Positions 26,143-38,406 of a DNA stretch of 64,000 bases are shown piece after piece. The notes beneath the pieces were generated by a model. It worked only from the letters and a program-made list of their open reading frames with translations, had not been told where the DNA came from and did no database searches. The stretch covers positions 6,882,001 to 6,946,000 of the forward strand of contig OZ024758.1 in assembly GCA_964016885.1 (NCBI GenBank). Direction: 5' to 3'. The DNA comes from Eledone cirrhosa (Eukaryota). The translations under genes were made by a program, and so were the position numbers. Position 1 is the first letter of the stretch. The number at the start of each line of letters is the position of its first letter.

Positions 26143-26746
26143 TAATTGTTTCTACTTTTGGCACCAGGCCAGCAATTACCCAGTACATTACTGGCACTTT
26201 ATTTTATCGACCCCATAAGGATGAAAGGCAAAGTTAACCTCAACGGGATTTGAACTCCAGCATAGTTAGTCCGTAAAGGGACTAACTATGCTGGAAAGCA
26301 TGGCGTCCGACCCTCTACCGATACTGCCAAATGGTTTCTGATTTAGGGACAAGGCCAACAATTTTGGGGGAAAGGGAAAATTGATTAAATCAACTCCAGT
26401 GCATTACGCTATTATATTGACCCCGTAAGGATAAAAGGCAAAGCTAACCTCAGTGGGATTTGAACTCAGAACGTAAAGGGACATAACTACATGCAGCAAA
26501 ACCTGTTGTCCGACGCTCTACCAATGCTGCTTATCCACCACCCTGTGGATTACACTAATAATTGCTTCTACATTTGGCACAAGGCCAGCAATTATCCCAG
26601 TGCATTACTGGTACTTTATTTTATAGACCCTCTAAGGATGAAAGGCAAAGTTAACCTCTGCGGGATTTGAACTCAGACCATAAAGGGACGTAACTCTTTG
26701 CTGCAAAGCGTGGCATCAGACCCTTTACCGATACTGCCAATCCACC
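26143..26746 (-). mobile_element. Cluster of three SINE family 1 copies
   Basis: Three consecutive reverse-complement copies; the middle one has a longer tail variant. Confidence 0.85.
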
Positions 26747-26780
26747 TAATAATACCATTGTTTCTATGAATACACACTCC

Positions 26781-26826
<46 letters not shown>

Positions 26827-26981
26827 CAAGACATAAGTAAACCTGTGCAGTTCTTCTGCCTGAAATGTTAATAATTTTTTACTTTCTCATGCATCATAAT
26901 TCACTGATTTTTACTTTCATTGTTAAGTTTATTCCTTCGTATTTGTTGTGGTTGTTGCTGTTGACTAATGTATGAGGTAGG

Positions 26982-27349
26982 CTGGAAAGTTCATAGGCTG
27001 ACCAAGATACTCTCATGGAATGACCAAATGAGGTTTATTTTTCAACATAGTCCCTGGAAAGTTCATAGGCTGACCAAGATACTCTCATGGAATGACCAAA
27101 TGAGGTTTATTTTTCAACATAGTCCCTGGAAAGTTCATAGGCTGACCAAGATACTCTCATGGAATGACCAAATGAGGTTTATTTTTCAACATAGTCCCTG
27201 GAAAGTTCATAGGCTGACCAAGATACTCTCATGGAATGACCAAATGAGGTTTATTTTTCAACATAGTCCCTGGAAAGTTCATAAGCTGACCAAGATACTC
27301 TCATGGAATGACCAGATGAGGTTTATTTTTCAACATAGTCCCTGGAAAG
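26982..27349 (+). repeat. 72-bp tandem repeat x5 inside a mariner MITE
   Basis: Unit ctggaaagttcataggctgacc...aacatagtcc; gives the spurious 24-aa repeat ORF 26968-27408. Confidence 0.95.
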
Positions 27350-28029
27350 AAACGATACAGTTATTAAGGAGAGTTGAAATTAATGCATGCAAGATTTCAC
27401 AGCCCTAGCATCACTCCTTCATAGTAAGCCTATGAACTTTTCAGCTAGACCCTCGTACTATAGAAAATTGCAACATTGTTGGGGAAAAGTTCTTTCAAAA
27501 GAGAGAGGCTTAATAAACATGGTCCCTAGAAAGAAACAATGCAGTTATTAATAAAGGGAGTTGAAATTAATACATGCAAGATTTCACAGCTCTAGCATCA
27601 ACGCCTTCATAGTCAGCCTATGAACTTTTCATCCGATCCTCGTATTCAGTAGACTACAAGCCAATTAAGGTAATTCTTAATCTGCTTATATAACTGTCAA
27701 ATCTTAAATTAAAGCTACCATGATAAAACAAGGGTCTATTGGACATATCTAGGTCTCTATGTAGTTTTAGTTACGCAATAAGGTAGGAGGGAAAGCCTTT
27801 GATCACATAATTCCATTTGATTATACTTAATAACTATGACCCAATCAACAATATCTTTTTAAACCTATTTCAAAATTAAAATGTATCTAAAATGACAAGT
27901 TTTAGGATTAAGATTAAAATTCTGTCAGTTATATGTAAAATGTTCTTATTACTAATAACTCATGGAATGACAGTATCAGTAGAGCATCAGATAACATGCT
28001 TTGTGGTATATAGTTACAACCCTTTACAT

Positions 28030-28580
28030 AAAGGATGACTGCTGAGTAAAGAAGTGCCAAGAAATCCCAGTAGAAGGAAGACGCAGTAGAGGAATGCCAT
28101 GAAAAACATGGGCGGAGGTGGTGAGAGCAGACCTCAGATCACTGAAGCTCACAGAGGAGATGATGAAGGACTGTGACAAGTGGAGAGATGCTGTGCTGAA
28201 TAGGACCCATCCCACCCTTGCAAGCAGGGAAAAGTGGAGGTAAAATGATGATGAAAATGACATATTTTAACTTTAGTGCTTTGGCCAAATAAGCCCTACT
28301 GTATATCTGACATATCTATCTATCAGGGCGGGTAAAATTCCCGAGATCCATGGATGAATTCTTTCCAGCGGTCTCTTTCCCTCATCATCGCTGCCATGTC
28401 CTGCGTCTCCAACAGACCAGTGTCTGTCCTTAGGGCATCAACATATGTCAACTTCAGCCTCTCTCTTCCAGTGTGTCCATGCAGGGGCTCCCACAGTAGC
28501 ACTGAGTGCAGTGTCAACTCTGGATGTCGGTGAGCATGTCCAGCTAACCTCAGTCTCCTTTGTGCTATCTGGAGCTGACT
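28030..28580. pseudogene. Two tail-to-tail RTE LINE 3' ends (+ 28030-28262; - 28320-28580)
   Basis: + : VEGRRSRG.P.KTWAEVVRADL...DKWRDAV and a (GAT)n tail. - : RRLRLAGHAHRHPE...VLLWEPLHG...TYVDAL...ERDRWK. Confidence 0.75.
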
Positions 28581-28865
28581 TTTGGGACATATGTAACATA
28601 TGACATATGTGTCATTAAATTTACACTGATTTTCTCAAATTTTTCACATGGGTTTAACCTGGAGATGGAACTAATTTCAATATGAGTCACTTTTCCTTAA
28701 ATCAAGTCTGAAAAGGTTGAGTATAATTACTCAAGAGCACAATTATACATTTGTGATATAATAGGACAAGTTGTTGCAGCTATTTATAGACTTGGTCGTT
28801 ATAATTCATCTTCAGAGTATAGTATTTCATTATAGTTTAAATTGCATCTAATCTCCTCAAACCAA

Positions 28866-29478
28866 CTCTCCCTCTTCGTCTCTCCCTCTTCGTCTCTCCC
28901 TCTTCGTCTCTCCCTCTTCGTCTCTTCGTCTCTCCCTCTTCGTCTCTTCGTCTCTCCCTCTTCGTCTCTCCCTCTTCGTCTCTTCGTCTCTCCCTCTTCG
29001 TCTCTCCCTCTTCGTCTCTTCGTCTCTCCCTCTTCGTCTCTTCGTCTCTCCCTCTTCGTCTCTCCCTCTTCGTCTCTCCCTCTTCGTCTCTACCTCTTCG
29101 TCTCTCCCTCTTCGTCTCTCCCTCTTCGTCTCTCCCTTTTTGTCTCTCCCTTTTTGTCTCTCCCTTTTTGTCTCTCCCTCTTTGTCTCTCCCTCTTTGTC
29201 TCTCCCTCTGTCTGTCTCTCCCTCTGTCTGTCTCTCCCTCTGTCTGTCTCTCCCTCTGTCTGTCTCTCCCTCTGTCTGTCTCTCCCTCTGTCTGTCTCTC
29301 CCTCTGTCTGTCTCTCCCTCTGTCTGTCTCTCCCTCTTTGTCTCTCCCTCTTCGTCTCTCTCTCCCTCTTTGTCTCTCCCTCTTCGTCTCTCTCTCCCTC
29401 TTTGTCTCTCCCTCTTCGTCTCTCTCTCCCTCTTCATCTCTCTTCGTCTCCCTCTTTGTCTCTCTTCCTCTCTCTCCA
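28866..29478. repeat. CT-rich 16-bp-period low-complexity repeat
   Basis: ctctccctcttcgt and tctctccctctgtctg variants. Confidence 0.9.
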
Positions 29479-29739
29479 ACCCTTGCTAGCAGAAAAAGCA
29501 GACATTAAACAACAACAACATATACCCCCCCCCTCCTCTCTATGTCCCTATATATCTCTCTGTCTATCAGGTTTGTCTCTGACGCCCTCTCCACTTCATC
29601 AGTAAATCTAATACATCATGTCCTGTTTTTCTGGAATGTATGGATGCTATCTGTTCTCGATTGCTGTGGAAGTGATGATAGCTCTTCTCTTGAGAACATG
29701 TTTGGCTGACATTGAAACTAAATGTAGACTAGTATACAC

Positions 29740-29857
29740 TGTAGTGGTAGTGGTGGCAGTAGTAGTGGTGGTGGTAGTGGTGGCAGTGGTGGTGGTGGTG
29801 GTAGTAGTGGTGGTGGTAGTGGTGGTAGTGGTAGTAGTGGCAGTAGTAGTGGTGGTG

Positions 29858-29889
<32 letters not shown>

Positions 29890-29983
29890 GGCCTTGGTTG
29901 TAGTGGTAGTAGTGGTGGTGGTAGTGGTGGCAGTGGTGGTGGTAGTGGTGGTGGTGGTAGTAGTGGCAGTAGTGGTGGTGGTG

Positions 29984-30015
<32 letters not shown>

Positions 30016-30273
30016 GGCCTTGGTTGTAGTGGTAGTAGTGGTGGTAGTGGTGGTGGTGGTGGTGGCAGGAGTAGTGGTCTTGGTGGTAGTGGTAGTAGTG
30101 GCAGGAGTAGTAGTAGTAGTAGTAGTAGTAATGGTGGTGGCAGGAGTAGTGGTCTTGGTGGCAGTGGTAGTAGTGGCAGGAGTAGTAATAGTGGTGGTAG
30201 TAATGGTATTAGTAATAGTGGAAATAGTAGTGGCAGTGGTTATGGTAGTAGTGGTGGTGGTAGTGTTAGTAGT
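29740..30273. repeat. (GTA/GTG)n trinucleotide microsatellite
   Basis: Gives the spurious poly-Val ORF. Confidence 0.95.
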
Positions 30274-30619
30274 CGAAGAAGGATTATTTAAAATAGGTTT
30301 TTAAAAAAAAATAATGTTAAAATATTTCACTGTTTTCATAGTTAACTACCTGCAACTACCCTCCCCTCGTTTTAAGAGACAAATTTGTTTATTTTAACAA
30401 GTTTATGTTTATCTAAAAGCCTTCCATCATAATTCTATGTACAAACCTTTATTTTCCAAACACCAGATAATGGGAAAATTAGTCATATTTTCTAAATCTC
30501 TTCAAATTCTTGATTATTATCAAAATCACTTGAAAATCTTGAGCAGTCAGTGTTTTTTCATTAGAAATATGGTAATAAAAAGGGCTTGTTCTTCTTGTTT
30601 TTGTTATCGTTGTCTTATC

Positions 30620-30815
30620 AAGTGAGTGTGTGTTGTTGTTTCTCTCTTTCACACTCTGTCTCACTCGCTCTCCCCATCTCTGAATATTATAAGCAAATGG
30701 GAGCCCACATATCGGCCACCCCGCAGTCTTGGCGGACAGAATAGAGAAGGTGTTTCCCTGGAGGATGGTGAAGGAGACGTGTTGGAAGAGCCATTCCAGC
30801 TTGCAAGGCAAAAAA
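30620..30815 (-). pseudogene. CRE-clade-like non-LTR retrotransposon C-terminus (second fragment ~20520-20630 +)
   Basis: EWLFQHVSFTILQGNTFSILS resembles the CRE terminal motif LFQRxSxAxxRGNAxSIL. Both fragments share ccttctc.attctgtccgc. Confidence 0.55.
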
Positions 30816-30820
30816 CCTGC

Positions 30821-31190
30821 GGGTAACCAACTCCATGCCGATGGTGGTGGTAAGGGAGGTGGTCCTAGGGCCAAGGACACCAGAAGTCTCCACTGCTATG
30901 GGTAACCAACTTCATGCTGATGGTGGTGAGTAGGGAGGTGGTCCTAGGGCTAAGGACACCAGAAGTCTCCACTGCTATGGGTAATCAACTCCATGGTGGT
31001 GAGTAGGGAGGTGGTCCTAGGGCCAAGGACACCAGAAGTCTCTACTGCTATGGGTAACCAACTCCATGCTGATGGTGGTGAGTAGGGAGGTGGTCCTAGG
31101 GCCAAGGGCACCAGAACCCTCCACTACTGCTATGCTGGTGGTGTGTAGTGAGGTGATCCTAGGCCAAGGACACCAGAACTCTTCACTGCT
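30821..31190. repeat. ~79-bp tandem repeat, ~4.5 copies
   Basis: gggtaa(c/t)caact.catg...agggaggtggtcctagggccaaggacaccagaag recurs at 30821, 30900, 30979 and 31052. Confidence 0.9.
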
Positions 31191-31547
31191 AGAAAGGGTT
31201 ATAATTGAATCAACTAAACTACAATTTTATAAATTAATAGTCTTGTGCTATAGAACCATTATTCACTTCTATTGACAAACATTTGGAATAAATGCTTCAT
31301 ATTTATTTTTGTCACATTAGGGTGGTAGGATTGGTAATATTGATTTCTTTATTAGCCACAAGGGCGCAACAAGAAAGGGGACAATACAAAGACATGCCGG
31401 GGATTTTACATACAGTCGTGTAAAAAATATAAAAACAAACAATTTAAACAATCGAAATCCCCAATAGGGGGGAGGCGCCACAAATGGGTTGTTTAATACC
31501 CCGTCGATAGAACAACCCTCAACTCAAGGAGCGTGTTGTGCAAGTGA

Positions 31548-31905
31548 GAGCGTCAGACATGCTTTGTGGCATAGTTACAGCTCTTTACATTCTGAGGTCA
31601 AATCTTGCCAAGGTTAGCCTTGCCTCTCCTTACGAAGTTAAGGTACCAGTAATGCACTGAGGTTGATTTAATTGACTTTCCCCTTGCCCAAAATTGTTGA
31701 CCTTGTGTCTAAATCAGAAACCATTATCAAGGACAGCGGCATAGTTACGGCCCTTTATGACCTGAGTTCAAATCCCGCCGCGGTTAACTTTGCCTTTCAT
31801 CCTTACGGGGTCGATAAAATAAAGTACCAGTCACGCACTGGGGTTCATTTAATCGACTTTCCCCTCCCCCCAAATTGCTGGTCTTGTGCCTATATAAGAA
31901 CCTAT
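31548..31905 (+). mobile_element. Two SINE family 1 copies (long-tail variant)
   Basis: B-box/core plus tail ...gactttcccctccccc.aaattgctggtcttgtgcct. Confidence 0.75.
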
Positions 31906-33986
31906 TATTTATTTACATCACTGAGTTTGAAGTTGATAACATAAGTACTAGCCAGATAAGTTACTGTGCTGGTATGTGGCGCTGGATATGATTCCCCTGG
32001 GTGACATCTTAGGCAAATGTCTTCTACCATCGCCTCAGAAGTGAAATTTGGTAGACAGAGACTGTATGGTAGCCCATAATATATATTCTTTTACTGGATT
32101 CAGTATTGGATTGTATGTAGCTGTCCCATTATTTGACTGGTACTGCTGCTTATTTTTTCTTTCTACTTTTTGGCACAAGGCCAGCAATTACGGATGGTTA
32201 CAACCCTGACAAAACAAAAGCCAAAAGTGGTTGAGGTTAACCATGGAGTGAGAAGGCCCTAGATTAGGATACCTCACTTATTTTGATTGATATTAGCCAA
32301 GTTGAGAATCAGCTATAAATTAATCAGAGCTTGTGTGCAGCACAGATATGTATTTAACACAAATAATATTTCACATTAAAAATCACTAAATTAACTAATT
32401 AAATCATCATTTTCATTTTACGTCTGCTTTTCCCTGCTTACAAGGGTGGGACGGGAACTGATTCTGGCTTGATTTCTACAGCTGGATGCCCTTCCTAACA
32501 CCAACCTCATTTACAGTGAGTGCTGGGTGCTTTTTTTTGTCATGGCACCTCCATGACCACTTTGCAGTGGAATGATAGGGACCCCAGTCCCTATCATCTC
32601 AATTCTACAGCTGAGTAAACTGGAGCAATGTGAAATAAAGTGTCTTGCTCAAGGAAACAACACATCACCCGGTCCGAGAATTGAACTCACAACCTTTCGA
32701 TTGCAAGGCCAATGCTCTAACCACTAAGCCATGTGCCTCCATAAATACTCAAATATAAATGGGGTTTGAATTTTTGTACATTTCTCAGTCATAGTGAGGT
32801 TGGCTTAGATTTGGTATCATCTTATATTCGGGTAAGCCAAGGAATATGTGACCAAAACCTTGATGGTGGAAGTGGGGTGGTGTGGATTTTATTTGAGGTC
32901 AATATTTTGACAATTTTCACCAATTTGAAATTCTACATAAATAAGGTTTGGATTTTTGCCCATTTCTCAGACACAAAATAGTGGGGTTGGCTTATATTTG
33001 TATCAGCTTAAGTCAAGTATATATATATGGTAAGTGAAAGGGAGGAAATTATTTTAGTTAATTGAAAAATATATCAAAATATTTTGTTTTTTACATTAAA
33101 TGTTTAAAATTTTATTTTAAGTGATTAGTCATGGTGGGAAGTGCTGTGCCCATGAGACTTTTTAGGGCCTTCATGACTGTTGAGAGGAAGTAGGTGTGTG
33201 TGTGTGTTGGGGTGGGGGAGAGTAAAGAGGTCTCCCCAACCTGGTGATGTGATCCAAATGTTTGCAATATACATAATTCTTGGGAATGGAATCCTCAGTT
33301 TTCTTAGTTTTCTTAAATCAAGTGAGATAAAATTAAGTTGCCTTCATTTCTGGAGAAAGAATGCATTTCCTCCAAAATAACAATCAAATGCAGAAACATC
33401 ATTGAAAAGTGAGACACACATAAGACACACCCATACTAAACATGTACATACACACTCACCCACAGACACACACATAACACACGCACACACCCATACTAAA
33501 CATGCACACACACACACAGACAGACATAACTTGGAAACCCATGCAAAACATGTACAATCACACACAGACACCCATACAAAACATATGTACATACACACAT
33601 ACGCATTCACACATAGATATATACAAACATATGCATACAGATACACACATACATACATATGTACATACACACATACAAACACATATGCACACATATATAC
33701 ATACATAGATACACGCATACATACATACATACACATACATAAATACATACTCACATACACACATAAGACAGGTACACCCACACAAAACATATATATATAT
33801 ATATATATACATACACACACAGGCATACATATCTCATGTGCGAGGTGGTGGGGATGAAAATGAAAGTTACAAAGACATATGAAAGGGGGGCTGAAAAAGA
33901 AAAACTATAGTGAGAATTAAAACATGAAACCAAACTGACAGTGAGAGAGAAAGGAAGTGTTCTGGTTTTTACATGTGTTTTATATA

Positions 33987-34474
33987 TCTATAATATTATA
34001 AAGCTGAGTGTCGTGTGTATGTATTATGTATGTATCCTACACACCTCCCTATAGTTTCTTAGCTTTACTCTCTCCAGCACTCTTCCCTCTTTCTATAATA
34101 GATCACCCCCCCCCCCCCCCTCTATAATTTAACTGCTTTACTCTCTCTGTCGCTCTTCACTCCATCACTCTTCTCTCTCTCTATAATAGATCATTTCCCC
34201 CCCCCCCCCCTCTATAATTTAACTGCTTTACTCTCTCTGTCGCTCTTCACTCCATCGCTCTTCTCTCTCTCTCTATAATCATACACACATCTTCAGAGAG
34301 ACAGAAAAATAGAGGGAGGGGAAAAGAGAGATAGGCCGTTAGACAGAGATACAATTAAAGTGTTAGTTATTCAGAGAGAGAGAGAGAGAGTCGGAAGGAC
34401 AATGTGACACAGGAGGGTGTGTGGTATCTTTGGAGTGGTGGGGGCAGGTATACCTAGCCGGACAGGCCAGCTAG
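33987..34474 (+). mobile_element. Non-autonomous Helitron-like element
   Basis: A|TC 5' end (tctatataattataaagctgag, then a (TGTA)-type microsatellite), 3' end ...ggccagCTAG|T, no TSD, internal tandem duplication. A second similar 3' end lies at ~34724. Confidence 0.55.
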
Positions 34475-34484
34475 TAATATATAA

Positions 34485-34540
<56 letters not shown>

Positions 34541-34566
34541 TGTGTGTATATCTGGTATATATGTAA

Positions 34567-34598
<32 letters not shown>

Positions 34599-34805
34599 GC
34601 CCCCCCCCCCCCCCACACACACACGTACACACTCTCTCTCTCTCTCTGGTTCATGAAAAGGAGCTGTAAAACTCCCAGCCAAATTTACAGTTCCATCTGA
34701 ACAGGGTTTGGTGCGGCCAGCTAGCCAGATTTGTCTCTTGACATGGATGAACTGTCTAACCCATGCAAGTATAGAAAATGGACATTAAATATATATATAT
34801 ATATA

Positions 34806-35100
34806 GTGGCTGCCAACTCGTTTTCGAGTACGGCCACTACTTTATATCCATGTAGGAGAACCCCTACCGATGCGCTGAACGAATGTTGGCTTTTTAGTCC
34901 AGCCAGCGACTTGAAAACTCTGGTACAAAGACTACACTTGTGACCATTATTGACACACAGTGCAGGGCCCATGGTACCATGTGATGACAAGTGCAGAGAG
35001 ATCTCCAGATATAAAGCAATGCCTGTGCTGTGAAGCTTTTATAGTGAGCAAAGGCACTGCACAAAGCCAGTCCCACTCTCTTAACCAAGATGATATTTAC
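34806..35100 (-). pseudogene. RTE/BovB-like LINE 3' end with C2H2-like motif, ending in (TA)n
   Basis: HKCSLCTRVFKSLAGLKS in ORF 34721-34990. Confidence 0.55.
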
Positions 35101-35141
35101 CAAAAAGAAGAACGATATATATATGTATGTATATATATATG

Positions 35142-35181
<40 letters not shown>

Positions 35182-36432
35182 CACACATTCGTTAACTTTG
35201 CCTTTCATCCTTACATGTTGATAAAATAAAGTACCAGTAACGCAATGGGGGTTGATTTAATCAACTTTTCTCTCCCCAGAATGATTGGCCTTGTGCCTAA
35301 ATCGGAAACCTTTATATTCAAGCAAGTGGTGTATAAATATGACAATTTTATAATCGAGTAGTTGTTATAGTATTCTTGGCCCGTTTCCATCACCATTTTT
35401 CTTTGTTTTCCAATTATCTCTTTTTACCCCCTTGTGTCCCTCTTGAGATTCTCAGAACACCCCAGGGAATGGTTGTGCCTACTTTGGGAATCAGTGGTGT
35501 AGATCAGTACCTATAAATAAGTAGTAAAGTAAGGTACACTTAACCAGTGTAAGCACTAAAGAGCACTGTGTACCTGAAGTATTATGTTGGATTGAAGTGC
35601 TAAATTTATATCCTTCATCTATAGATAGTCAAGGTAACAAAGAACCTACCACTCCCGTATATCCTCAATTCATTTCACAGTTTTCAGTAATATCTCAACT
35701 GTGGAAAGGACTACAGAAGAAATTATCTTTAGACTTCACCAAAATTTATCCAATTACCAAACATTTCATCATATGGAAACCTAAGATCCTAACATTAAGA
35801 ATGTTGTCACATCAGTGTCAATACACAAAAGAAAAAAAAAATCTTTTTTTTTTTTTCTTAAAAAATCGGTATTTATAATTGTTATTTGGAACAAACCATT
35901 TGTTAATATAAATGGTTGTTTTACAAATGTTGAAATCAGACTAGGAATTCTGGGAAATTAATGTTATCTTATGTAAACAGAAACCTTATGCTGTTATTTT
36001 TATCATTCTTATGCAAATCTGTAGTCATCATCATCATCATCATCTTTTGTATTTTTGAGTTGCAGCTTATTTATTATTTATTAACCCATATGAATATATT
36101 CTGCATCTCTGTCTCCGTAGACATTAAATATCATTCATATTTTTATATTTTGTTGTTGTTGTTGTTGCTATTGTACTGTTTTCCTGCTTGACCATGCAAA
36201 AACCCACTTTTTGCTTGATCATTTTCATGTCAAAATACATTTTTCCTTGGACAGACAGTTATATATCATTTGAAAGTTCTGGATGTTAACTTTCTTCTGA
36301 TATACTTTGGATCAAAATCTGACACTTACATATTCTATTCTCAATAATGTCACATGAAAATAAAATTATATAAAAATTTTATATCATTTTATTTTCATCC
36401 AGAGCCCTGGTGTTTATACTAGTTTTCATTGT

Positions 36433-36632
36433 ATTAACTCTTAACATCCTGTCATGATGTAAGAGAAAATATCTAAAAGGTAGGTTTAATTCAAATAACT
36501 ATAATATCTTTACTAATAGACAGATTGTGAACATATTTCACTCAACTGCACACTGCAGTCATAGTAGTGTTTTATACTTTTCAAGAATGTTTTGTTAGGT
36601 AATGTCATGTGGTACAGGATGTTAAAAGTTAA
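36433..36632. mobile_element. Second TTAA-flanked MITE family (diverged copy ~22613-22825)
   Basis: TTAA-ctcttaacatcctg ... caggatgttaaaag-TTAA. Confidence 0.7.
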
Positions 36633-37169
36633 GCACTTGAGCATCACTAAACATATCAGTATATTAAAGCTTTTGTTTGCGGGAAGATTTGAGGACTGAA
36701 AAGTAAGTTGTCACCTTCACGGTACCTTAGCTTACAAGACTGACATTCTTATCATCATCATCATTGTTTAAAGTTCATTTTCTACACTTGCATGGGTTAG
36801 AAGGGATGTCACATTATGAGACAAGACAGATCTAGAGACAATGTCTTGCTCATATAGATTGGTATTTTGGCTTGGTTTCTATGGCTGGATGCCCTTCCTG
36901 ATACCAATCATGTTACGGTGTGGACCGGATGCTATTTATCGTTGTACTGAAACGACTACTTTACAGGCTGAACTGAGTGTTTTTTGTCATGTCGCCAGCA
37001 CGACTACTCTACAGTGTGGACTAGGTGCCTTTTGTCAAGTCACCAGCATGACCACTTTACAGTGTGAACTGGGTGCTTTTTGTCATGTCACCAGCACAAC
37101 CACCTTACAGTGTGGACTGGGTGCTTATGTTGTTGTGGTTACAGATCAGCATACAGAGTGGACTTTGTT

Positions 37170-37351
37170 ATATATAAATTCAAAAACGAATGACATATAT
37201 AGAAACATATCAAATATTAAAACAGGAGATAATTTGTAAAGAATGTAAGAATATATAATTAAAAATGAACGATATATTTCAAAATACCGTTCATTTGTAA
37301 TTATATGTTTCCACATTCTTTACAAATTATCCCCTGTTAATGTTTAATATG

Positions 37352-37382
<31 letters not shown>

Positions 37383-37402
37383 CATTCGTTTTTGAATTTA
37401 TA
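37170..37402. mobile_element. AT-rich fold-back element (near whole-length inverted repeat)
   Basis: tataaattcaaaaacgaatg...acaggagataatttgtaaagaatgt...aaatgaacg mirrors cgttcattt...acattctttacaaattatcccctgt...cattcgtttttgaatttata. Confidence 0.7.
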
Positions 37403-37506
37403 ATTAGAGTTCAGATATATTTCTTTTCATTTTTCTTTGAGCTTCCTTTACAGGCGATATGGCGCGTTTGTAATTTTCTCAGACACAAGATCTTTATTCA
37501 TTTTAG

Positions 37507-37539
<33 letters not shown>

Positions 37540-37541
<2 letters not shown>

Positions 37542-37743
37542 AAAATAGTCAGGACCCTGACGGAAGAGCTCCAGCCATTTCGACAGCTAGATCTAATCTA
37601 GCTGTTCGGATCTAGCTGTCGAAATGGCTGGAGCTCTGCTGTCGGGGTCCAGACTCTTTTGCTATTACCCACTCTACTGCCCCAAGTATCGAGTACTCTG
37701 GTCCATTATGGTCCACCTGGTATCTTACCACACTTTCTTTGTT
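37540..37743. mobile_element. (TA)n-embedded fold-back element, family A, copy 4 (diverged)
   Basis: Body tattacccactctactgccccaagtatcgagtactctggtccattatggtccacctggt...; ~120-nt nested palindrome at 37540-37662; (TA)n flanks. Confidence 0.75.
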
Positions 37744-37859
37744 ATATATATATATGTAAAAACCTACTACAGTCAGTAGGCATCTCTATCAAAACACACC
37801 CCCGTCCCACCACCTCCACCCCATCCACACCGCCCCGTTCTATGTAAAGTTATGTTGGT

Positions 37860-38135
37860 GCCACACCATCCAGGCCGAAACAAATGAGATCGTGTAGGTG
37901 TCACGACAAAAAAACACGCAGTCCACGCTGTAATGTGGCCGTGTAGGCAACACGGTAAAAACCTCCCAGACCCACACTGTAAATGTGGTTGGTGTTAGGA
38001 AGGGCATCCAGCCGTAGAAAACCTGCCAGACAGTCCTATGCGAGCAAGACAACCACTCTTGCCTCAAGTGGGAAAACCCCCGTCCAAACCCATGCAAGCG
38101 TGGAACACGGACGCTAAACCTGATGATGATGATGA
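37860..38135 (+). mobile_element. Short retroposon, family 3, with RTE-type (GAT)n tail (others ~6260-6660, 32403-32570, 36750-37127, 45316-45460, 46570-46795, 50585-50750, 58950-59830, 60845-61097)
   Basis: Core ggttggtgttaggaagggcatccagccgtagaaa. Tail ccgtcc.aacccatgcaagc.tggaa..cggacg.taaa..gatgatgat is shared with LINE 3' ends at ~570-612 and ~28200-28262. Confidence 0.8.
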
Positions 38136-38144
38136 TATATATAT

Positions 38145-38180
<36 letters not shown>

Positions 38181-38406
38181 GGTTGAATAAGTCATTGAAA
38201 GTGAGTTCCTTTTGTTAGAAATACATTAACTTCTCAGCCGGTAAGGTGGTGGTGGTGGTGTACTAATCAATAGTTGCAATTCAAACTTATTCTCTTTTTC
38301 ATATATTTCTTACATTCATTTATTCATAATCTTTGATCGACTAGAACATTGTCAATATGAAAGTAAACAACTCAGAAGTGTGCATGAGAGTGTATGTGGT
38401 CTAGAC

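Noticed and set aside
26968-27408. 146-aa protein with 24-aa repeats
   Set aside because: Product of the 72-bp expansion inside a non-coding MITE.
28842-30304. Long Ser/Leu/Pro, Glu/Arg and poly-Val ORFs
   Set aside because: Stop-free by composition of CT-rich and (GTA/GTG)n repeats; no splice or homology support.
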